Positions 57,149 through 64,000 of a DNA stretch of 64,000 nt are shown here, piece by piece. The DNA comes from a virus. The notes beneath the pieces were generated by a model. That model saw only the letters and a list, made by a program, of their open reading frames with translations. It had not been told where the DNA came from and searched no databases. Location of the stretch: IMG/VR virus record IMGVR_UViG_3300034069_001614, one strand, 5' to 3'. Position 1 is the first letter of the stretch, and every line of letters starts with the position of its first letter. The position numbers and the translations under genes are program-made.

Positions 57149-58714
57149 CTAGCGAGGTAGAAAATTTACAATGGCATCAATTGATTCCGCATAGTCAGGA
57201 TGCAGTATTGCGCCATACTCATCCACGGGAATACAAGGATTGATGTAACCGGTTTTACCGATATATTTTCCTACAAAAGCGTTGATGGATTCCCCTACCA
57301 CCATAGAGGGATGAAGACGTTGTTCGGCTTTACCGCCGAGCCTAATCTTGTTTAGTCCTCCTGCAAACAAATAGTTATCACCAACGATGTCCGGTGGGGC
57401 AACATAATCTTTGTCTTCATCAGAACGTCCTGCTGCTGGAGACCTAAACATCATGGAATTCAAGCGTAAAGCCTTGTTGACATCCTCCAAGGTGACGTTG
57501 GAACGCTTGGACAAAGCGTAGATGTTTTTGTTGATCCGGTCAGCAAAGGTTTTTACCAATAGTCCATTAGACACATCAATCCTTGAACTATAAAGATCTT
57601 GCGTCGTGTTATTGACCATGAAGCTGTCGATGTTAATAAAGATGTACACCAACAAATCGTAAATGTCGTCAATAGCAATACCAAAATTCTTGAATCTGTC
57701 GCGGGTTAGCGGATCAATGAAATGATCAACTGAACCAAGGTGAACTTCAGCATTGCTATACGCCTTGGCTTCAGCTTTGTCTTCAAAGATAATAACGCCT
57801 AGAATGATCTTCCAAATTGACAAATGCTGGTGGAAGCCATCCTCCACATACACGTTGTCAATGTTTTGAATAAGAAAGAACGACAAGACGTAAACAAGAT
57901 TGACCACGAACTTTTCAGTTTGATCATCCATCATGAGCAATTTTTTGACCTTCAGGAATAATCCTGGTCCTTGTTCAGTTGCCGCATCATATTTCCGTGC
58001 TGCAAAATATTCATGAGTATCAGTGTCGTTGTCGACTTGAGTGGTGAAACTGACATCCTTTTTGGAGAGGCCGAATTTTTGGAGTGTTTTAGTAAACCCA
58101 AATTTTGCCAGCATGTAATGAACAATGGTGGTGTCACACATTTTGTTTTTAATGGTGCCATGGAACAGTCTTGCTGACACAATGAAATGGTTATACGATT
58201 CGTTGGTGATATAGGAAAAGATGCGAAAGGTTTGACGTCGATTAAAGGTCAGATTTACCCGGATAGGAGACACCGAGAGGCCGTCACGATCATTTTCCTT
58301 GACGCGACTAAATGTCTTCTCCAGAATAACCTTTCTTACCATGGAGCGCTTATCTTTGATAAACAACATCCCATCAAACATGTACGGCGTATAAATGTTG
58401 GAATAGATAAACTGATTACCAAAGCGCACTTGGTAACGAATAAGACTCATATGTGATACCGTAAGCGGTATCTTTGCCCGGTTAGATTTACCTGGGGTTG
58501 TCTTGAGTTCATATTTGACGCGCTCTTCTGGATTGAGAACCTTGTGTTCCATTAGTTCCAAATCAGCATTGACTAGCTTAAAGCCTTCTCGAAACACCAT
58601 ACTGATAAAGTTGGGAGAGTTGTCAATGTTGTTTTTAACAAAGTCGCGTAGCGCGTTGTGGTTAAAGGGAGGACATGCATCCGCTACAAGCTTAACTATA
58701 GCGTTGAAATTCAC
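57149..58714 (-). CDS. non-virion RNA polymerase beta-like N-terminal subunit (phiKZ gp123-like)
   Basis: GGAGG-GTG start; size about 520 aa, CPPFN, IYTPY, HYMLAKFG, RLHPS..GES; downstream of early promoter. Confidence 0.7.
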   Translation of the reverse strand: MNFNAIVKLVADACPPFNHNALRDFVKNNIDNSPNFISMVFREGFKLVNADLELMEHKVLNPEERVKYELKTTPGKSNRAKIPLTVSHMSLIRYQVRFGNQFIYSNIYTPYMFDGMLFIKDKRSMVRKVILEKTFSRVKENDRDGLSVSPIRVNLTFNRRQTFRIFSYITNESYNHFIVSARLFHGTIKNKMCDTTIVHYMLAKFGFTKTLQKFGLSKKDVSFTTQVDNDTDTHEYFAARKYDAATEQGPGLFLKVKKLLMMDDQTEKFVVNLVYVLSFFLIQNIDNVYVEDGFHQHLSIWKIILGVIIFEDKAEAKAYSNAEVHLGSVDHFIDPLTRDRFKNFGIAIDDIYDLLVYIFINIDSFMVNNTTQDLYSSRIDVSNGLLVKTFADRINKNIYALSKRSNVTLEDVNKALRLNSMMFRSPAAGRSDEDKDYVAPPDIVGDNYLFAGGLNKIRLGGKAEQRLHPSMVVGESINAFVGKYIGKTGYINPCIPVDEYGAILHPDYAESIDAIVNFLPR

Positions 58715-58755
58715 AATAGGGCCTCCTTTTGTTTTAACAATCAGGAGGGTGACAA

Positions 58756-60153
58756 TCACCCTCCCATGGACAGCTTGATGTTGTATTTCTTACAAAGAGC
58801 AATGATAGACACAATAGCGCCAATCGATGCTGTGGTGATGCCCCAACCTGATTTCAAGATCTCAGCAACAGTTTTAAGCTTTGCCGTTTTATAATTCAAC
58901 TTAAACGTTTCTTGTTTGTGGTGAAGATCGAGTTCTTCGTTGTCGAGCTTTTTGGCTTCGTGCTCCGTTCTGCGTCTAGTGTTATCCATGTCATTGAGAA
59001 TGTACGACGCACTCATCTTACCGTCATAGTGTTCACGGATCTTAGTAATGGTATCCTCACGATCTCGCACATCAGATCGCAATTGCTTTACCGTAGCTTT
59101 TAGGGTCGTAATGAGTTGGTTGTTCTCCTCATCGTTTACTTTAAAGCTCGTTATTTGATCTTCCAGAAGAACAATCTTTTCTCTCAACAACGGATCACCA
59201 CTGCGTCCAGCAACGTGCAACATTTCTTCGTTGAAGCGTTCCATGCTTTTGCGCTGGTGAACATAGTCTAGATAATGGTCTTTATCACTAAAGATCGCCA
59301 TACCGTAGAATTTACCAAACAATGTTTCTTCCTCATTACGATCGAGATACATTGATCCATGACGGTTAAGTTCACTAAAGGTTGAACGGAATTCTTGTTG
59401 ACTCGTAACAAAAAGATTCTCGATAACAAATTCATCGATCTGTAAATCAGGGTCATACACCAACTTATAGTCATCAAAAGGAACGAAATAACTATCCAGA
59501 ACAGCAACTCGCATCGTTTTGATAATGTCGGGAATAAATCCATAGTTAAGATCCACCCCAACACGGATGCTGATTTTATCGCGACGCTCAACACATTGTT
59601 TAATTAAGCTGCGATACCCTTCATAAAGCTGTGCTGGATCTTGTTTAATCATTGAAGCAGGAAGATTAATCGACTCCCAATTCTGCTGGGTGACGTCTTT
59701 GGCAATCAACTCACGCGTAGCATCAATCTGCGCTTCGGCCATCAAATAGCAATCGAGTTCGCCGATAAACACAGCACCTTGACCTAAGATTCGACCTGGT
59801 ATCCGAATCTCTGTTTTACGCACCTGAAGTGTCTTTTTCTTTGGGTCGGGCGAATTACTGTTGACTTTATTATACAAAGTGATGACAACCTGATTGGTGT
59901 AACTATAATCAGGTCGTACACCTTCCCGCAGCAAGGAACGGATTTGCGTTGGAGGTGTTCGTAAATTACCACTGATGTAAACGGTTTCAGCAGTATAATT
60001 GCGAACGTTATAATAAAAGTTGAATCCAACTCGGTCCATGGTAATGCTGTTAAGATCATGTTCGATCTCACGCAGCTCATCATTTTGATGGTAAAAGAAA
60101 CCATCGATTTTTGAAGATTTATCAAAGCGTCTGAAAATGATGTCGCCAAACAT
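58756..60153 (-). CDS. coiled-coil protein with C-terminal membrane anchor
   Basis: heptad region, terminal GWGITTASIGAIVSIIALC. Confidence 0.75.
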   Translation of the reverse strand: MFGDIIFRRFDKSSKIDGFFYHQNDELREIEHDLNSITMDRVGFNFYYNVRNYTAETVYISGNLRTPPTQIRSLLREGVRPDYSYTNQVVITLYNKVNSNSPDPKKKTLQVRKTEIRIPGRILGQGAVFIGELDCYLMAEAQIDATRELIAKDVTQQNWESINLPASMIKQDPAQLYEGYRSLIKQCVERRDKISIRVGVDLNYGFIPDIIKTMRVAVLDSYFVPFDDYKLVYDPDLQIDEFVIENLFVTSQQEFRSTFSELNRHGSMYLDRNEEETLFGKFYGMAIFSDKDHYLDYVHQRKSMERFNEEMLHVAGRSGDPLLREKIVLLEDQITSFKVNDEENNQLITTLKATVKQLRSDVRDREDTITKIREHYDGKMSASYILNDMDNTRRRTEHEAKKLDNEELDLHHKQETFKLNYKTAKLKTVAEILKSGWGITTASIGAIVSIIALCKKYNIKLSMGG

Positions 60154-60209
60154 AGTGCTTTACCTCACTTTAGATTAAAGCGTGTAAAGACTTACCGCTT
60201 GTCATACAG

Positions 60210-60217
60210 GTAATATA
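60210..60217 (-). promoter_or_regulatory. early promoter TATATTAC
   Basis: exact motif upstream of the operon containing the nvRNAP subunit. Confidence 0.7.
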
Positions 60218-60239
60218 GTGATTCAGCTTGGTTGACCCC

Positions 60240-60271
60240 TATAGGTCTGTGGGCATACCCACAGACCTATA
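60240..60271 (-). terminator. hairpin
   Basis: 14-bp perfect stem TATAGGTCTGTGGG/CCCACAGACCTATA. Confidence 0.7.
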
Positions 60272-60286
60272 TGACGGAATTAGCAA

Positions 60287-61774
60287 TTATACCAATGCTA
60301 GATTAAGGGTACCATCACTACCAACAGTCATAGGTGTTCCTCCTAAAAAGTTGGTAAAATCATTACTGTTAAACGTAGCATCGAGAAATGATGGTTGACT
60401 TTGCGAAAATAACGATACATCATAGACAGGGTAATTGATAGATGACGATGATGGATCAGTGTACGCCTTTTGGGTTGAAGTACCAAAAGTGTTAAAAATA
60501 GAATTCACCGTTCCTACATCATTTGCCGTTAGATTAGGATTGGACAAAATATTGCTAGTGACAGTAGGTGTGTTAAGGGTGGCTGGCGACTGAACACTTG
60601 CTAAAATCTGAGAAGCGATATTGATCTGTGAATTTGTCGATGACGTAAAAGCACTACCTAATGACGTTTGACCCGTGAGGGTAGTGGCATGAGAACAACC
60701 CAGTAATCCTCCTACCAGATCAGCCAAACCATTAAGGGCCGCTTGTTCCAGTGATAAGTTAAAAGAACTAGCTTGTACGGAAGAAGAACTATAGTTAGTA
60801 ACTGAGGTTACACAACCGGTTTTCAAAATGGTTTGGGCAATAGCATTAGCTGTGGTAGCATCTACACCTGACCCGTTGGTGTTAACCGTTTGACCCGTGA
60901 TTGAATTAATCAGTGACGATGATGGATTGGTGACAAAATAGCTAGAAAGAGCAGATGAGCCACTCTTGTTACCAAGGGCTGTGGTTACGTTGTTGGTGGT
61001 ACCAAGAAACACGGCCAGATCATTACCAATAGCTCTGGTAACAATAGGGGAAGAAGCAACACCTAGTGATGATGCTGTAACACCGGTTGTGACCCCAGCT
61101 ACTAACCCACCAAGCGACGTGCTCCCCGTAAGCGAGCTGACAGCAGATCCGGTTAGTGAACCAGCATCAACAGATAAAGTAGAAAAAAGCCCATTGAGCT
61201 TATTGGAGGAGGAGTTGTTAACCAGGGCATTAGGTAGACTAGCTGCCGCCGATATATCCAAGTTCAACCTATTCAACAATGTTGAAAAGGTAGTACCTTG
61301 CATGGAAGATGCCCCTGTTCCAAACAAGCTTGTTGCACCTGCTGTGGAAATAGGACTAGAACCAGATAACAATGAACTGATGTTAAATGTTCCTGAAGCT
61401 GGATTCTTTTTATCCAACAAATTGGTTTTAACAGGATCAGAAATCAATGTTGTCGTGGTGGAATTTTTAGGATTGTTGGTGTTTGTAAAAATCCCACTCA
61501 GCGACGGTGAAATTGTAGCAGCTAATGATTTTAACGATGTGTCAAATGTAGCCGTTGTTGATTGAATAGCAGCTTTCAAATAGTTGTTAACAGGAGCTGT
61601 TAGCACAGCTAGAGGATCTGTTGTGCTAGAGGGAGCTGAAATAATGGGAACGATTGATTGTGAGATTTGTGGGGCAACAGGGGTAGTTGTTGGGGTGACG
61701 GTGATCTGGTTGGGATCGATACCTATAAGGGACTGTTGAGTGGTGGGGGTTGATGATGTATCAAAAAAAGCCAT
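60287..61774 (-). CDS. Ser/Thr-rich low-complexity protein, probably virion-associated
   Basis: 495 aa dominated by S/T/N/G/A. Confidence 0.7.
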   Translation of the reverse strand: MAFFDTSSTPTTQQSLIGIDPNQITVTPTTTPVAPQISQSIVPIISAPSSTTDPLAVLTAPVNNYLKAAIQSTTATFDTSLKSLAATISPSLSGIFTNTNNPKNSTTTTLISDPVKTNLLDKKNPASGTFNISSLLSGSSPISTAGATSLFGTGASSMQGTTFSTLLNRLNLDISAAASLPNALVNNSSSNKLNGLFSTLSVDAGSLTGSAVSSLTGSTSLGGLVAGVTTGVTASSLGVASSPIVTRAIGNDLAVFLGTTNNVTTALGNKSGSSALSSYFVTNPSSSLINSITGQTVNTNGSGVDATTANAIAQTILKTGCVTSVTNYSSSSVQASSFNLSLEQAALNGLADLVGGLLGCSHATTLTGQTSLGSAFTSSTNSQINIASQILASVQSPATLNTPTVTSNILSNPNLTANDVGTVNSIFNTFGTSTQKAYTDPSSSSINYPVYDVSLFSQSQPSFLDATFNSNDFTNFLGGTPMTVGSDGTLNLALV

Positions 61775-61794
61775 GCTGTTCTTCTTTTTTCGTT

Positions 61795-62466
61795 TTATAC
61801 GTTGGAACTAAGGTGAAGAGCGCTCAGAAAAGAACGAAGGGTATTTGCTGACTTTACACCTGACGTTCCATGCATCACCGACGTGTCGCTGTCACCTGTT
61901 TCTTCAATCTCGGACGTCATGCGAGAATAGGCCTCCAGATCACCCCCTCTCACCGTCATCATTTCGTGAAGGGTCGTTACTAATCCTTTTTCAGCAATCA
62001 TCTGAGCTTGAGGAAAAGAGATAGCAGAACCTTTATCGGGTTTCACAACCTGATCAGTAAGAGGGTTTAGGCGGCGATCAGAGTCTGGCACCGACAAGCC
62101 ATCCATGAGATACTGTTTTAGTCGTCGTACAGGAAGTTTCAAAATAAAGTATTTTTCGACTGTGGTTGTGTAGCGTTTTCCGACCGGATCCCATAGCCGT
62201 AACCGTTCCAAAACGTCAATGCCTAATTTCTTGGCGGTTTTGAAACAATTCTCAATGCTGATGACTACTTTGAAAGGGGGAACCAATAAGGTCATCTTAG
62301 CATGGGGATCGTCTTTAAGTTTGTGCATCCAGCTATCGAATGCTTGATCATCAAGACTGGCAAAGAAATCCTCATAGACTTTGGCGTTATAGCCACTGGG
62401 ATCTTGCGTAGAAATTATGTCCAAAATATAGTTTTGAACGTGTTGTCTGTTGGAAGAAACGGACAT
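61795..62466 (-). CDS. virion RNA polymerase beta C-terminal subunit (phiKZ gp176-like)
   Basis: LPVRRLKQ...NPLTDQV...SAISFPQAQM..KGL..TLHEMMTVRGGD resembles RpoB C-terminal LVTQQP...EMLTVKSDD. Confidence 0.8.
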   Translation of the reverse strand: MSVSSNRQHVQNYILDIISTQDPSGYNAKVYEDFFASLDDQAFDSWMHKLKDDPHAKMTLLVPPFKVVISIENCFKTAKKLGIDVLERLRLWDPVGKRYTTTVEKYFILKLPVRRLKQYLMDGLSVPDSDRRLNPLTDQVVKPDKGSAISFPQAQMIAEKGLVTTLHEMMTVRGGDLEAYSRMTSEIEETGDSDTSVMHGTSGVKSANTLRSFLSALHLSSNV

Positions 62467-62515
62467 GAAAAAACTAGCCTTTGTAAAGAATCATAAAATT
62501 GGACAAAAAAAGATT

Positions 62516-62544
62516 GTGAAAGGGAGCTTGACGCCCCCTCCCAC
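62516..62544 (-). terminator. intrinsic terminator with G-U pairs
   Basis: 12-bp stem including 3 G-U pairs on minus strand, TCTTTTTT tail. Confidence 0.65.
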
Positions 62545-63374
62545 TATCCTGCAATACCATCAGTCGCATTGAGATGAAAGCCAAAAGGAATACGCAATTC
62601 TTTTGCCATCAAATGAAGTTCAATCAGTTTTTCAAAGAAGATCTTGTTTTTCTTCTCATCGGCTGATTGCGTCGGGTCAAATTCTTCCGGCGTAAAAGAA
62701 GAACGGTCAGCATGCTTTAAAACTTTGCTAGTTGACCAATCAGCATGGGAAAACAATGACCAATTTTTAATAACGTAAACAAGATCATACATTGAAGATA
62801 AATTAAAAGGAGTCTTTGTTTCAGCTAGTTTACGACCATCTTCGTCATAGGACGAATTATCTTCGCCCACAAAGATACCATCGATTGACTGATCTATTCT
62901 TACGACGAAACCCATGCGGTTGACGTAGTGACATCCCTTTTGCAGACTTACCTTACCGGGACTTAACGGCTTAAAAAAAGAAGAAACTAAAAGATGCTCA
63001 TAGTGAATCCATGTCCGCATGGGATAAGGAGAAGGATCTCCTCCTACATCACCCAGTGAAGCAATTAGATCACCATTACTGGATTCTTCATCACTCAACT
63101 TACCTGTGGTTGTGAAGAATTCTTCTTCGCTGCTGTAGTAAGCAAAACCTGCTGCAAACTCTTTAGTGCCTTCTGTGATCTTTCCACGGATCTCTACAAT
63201 TCTACCTTGGCGATTTCGATAGAATTGAGGAAAGTTTAACACGGTTGAAAGAGTAAATAAAGCAGGTGATTCTTCTACTATTTCTTCAAGAAAAGGTACA
63301 TCTGATAAATGATGTTCTGTCTCAGGATAAGCATGATGAAGCATATCCTTAAGATCTTTTTCTTCTATGGACAT
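62544..63374 (-). CDS. hypothetical protein with internal duplication
   Basis: GAGGGG RBS, MSIEEK; two Y.NR.G..V.I...G...DL units. Confidence 0.7.
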   Translation of the reverse strand: MSIEEKDLKDMLHHAYPETEHHLSDVPFLEEIVEESPALFTLSTVLNFPQFYRNRQGRIVEIRGKITEGTKEFAAGFAYYSSEEEFFTTTGKLSDEESSNGDLIASLGDVGGDPSPYPMRTWIHYEHLLVSSFFKPLSPGKVSLQKGCHYVNRMGFVVRIDQSIDGIFVGEDNSSYDEDGRKLAETKTPFNLSSMYDLVYVIKNWSLFSHADWSTSKVLKHADRSSFTPEEFDPTQSADEKKNKIFFEKLIELHLMAKELRIPFGFHLNATDGIAG

Positions 63375-63429
63375 ATTCCCCTCGCACTGCGTGAGCCCCA
63401 TATCAAAGTAGTAAAAACTAACAAAAGCT

Positions 63430-63780
63430 TTAGCGTTCCAACCCGATATGATTGTCAACTGGGTCCTGTAGAGCATTACTAAGAACAAGAGATCCATCAG
63501 GATAACGAGTTACCAGCGTAATATGATACGGACCAATAGCGGTTAGCATGGGAAGCTCAAGGGTGGTGAAAAAAACTTGTGCGCTTTGGGTTACCGCTGT
63601 AATCGTTTCGGTGAACAATGCCTGACATACGCCCACCGATTGAGGAGAGTCATAGTGATAACTAAATCGACAAACCCCTACTGTGTTTGACTGTCGATCG
63701 TCAAGAATGACGGTACGGTTCCGATTATCTACAGTGGCATCTTTAATAAACGTTTTAACATCTGTTATGTTGATACGCAT
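63430..63780 (-). CDS. hypothetical protein
   Basis: AAGGT RBS; 116 aa. Confidence 0.65.
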   Translation of the reverse strand: MRINITDVKTFIKDATVDNRNRTVILDDRQSNTVGVCRFSYHYDSPQSVGVCQALFTETITAVTQSAQVFFTTLELPMLTAIGPYHITLVTRYPDGSLVLSNALQDPVDNHIGLER

Positions 63781-63796
63781 AATCTACCTTTTAAAG

Positions 63797-63819
63797 GATA
63801 GGGAGCAGTGCTCCCTATC
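63797..63819 (-). terminator. hairpin
   Basis: 10-bp stem GATAGGGAGC/GCTCCCTATC. Confidence 0.6.
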
Positions 63820-63829
63820 ACCTCACCTC

Positions 63830-64000
63830 TTATGCAATGGAATCAATACCGACTTCTTGTTCGCGATTGATCATATCCATGAGTTGTTCAATTGACATGT
63901 CTGTGGAAAAAGTTTTGGTTTCTCCCATTAAACGATCACGCACTTGAATCTGGACTACTTCGATATTGTATCCCATTGCGGATAGAATTGTTTCAATCAT
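63830..64000 (-). CDS. 3' end of a gene entering from the right edge
   Basis: ...MIETILSAMGYNIEV...EVGIDSIA-TAA open to edge. Confidence 0.6.
   Translation of the reverse strand: MIETILSAMGYNIEVVQIQVRDRLMGETKTFSTDMSIEQLMDMINREQEVGIDSIA

Noticed and set aside
1-64000. Genome-wide stop-codon reassignment
   Set aside because: Long core genes are intact under code 11, and TAG, TGA and TAA all end bona fide genes (sheath TAG, nrdA TGA)
1-64000. CRISPR array, rRNA, integrase or transposase
   Set aside because: No regularly spaced direct repeats or matching motifs seen

Overview
A 64 kb segment of a jumbo myophage of the phiKZ-like (Chimalliviridae-type) lineage. The ribonucleotide reductase (RNR) type suggests an alphaproteobacterial host, which is an inference. 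About 1-19.4 kb is a dense minus-strand accessory region driven by phiKZ-type TATATTAC early promoters. It holds an HNH nuclease, a Tat-signal His-rich SleB hydrolase, a Zn deaminase, two nuclease-less multi-HTH proteins, DUF3140, a cREC receiver domain, an ART-like protein, an Rv2179c-like exonuclease, a lipoprotein/membrane pair and DUF4326. It is followed by a GT4 glycosyltransferase, nrdB and nrdA (with an intein at the catalytic Cys), and the large terminase (with a class-3-type intein in Walker A). The morphogenesis core includes a gp175-like prohead protease, head proteins with G/A-x-E propeptides, gp26/27/28-like proteins, tail sheath, tube, portal and baseplate-like proteins, plus two split RNA polymerase subunits. 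The most unusual element is a translationally coupled late operon: prohead protease, then a head protein, then an inorganic-pyrophosphatase::ClpP fusion, then a catalytically dead ClpP paralog with a maturation propeptide. Three small reading frames are each interrupted by a codon that one A-to-G change would repair. No CRISPR array, tRNA or rRNA was seen. All family assignments come from motif recognition by eye, not from database searches.
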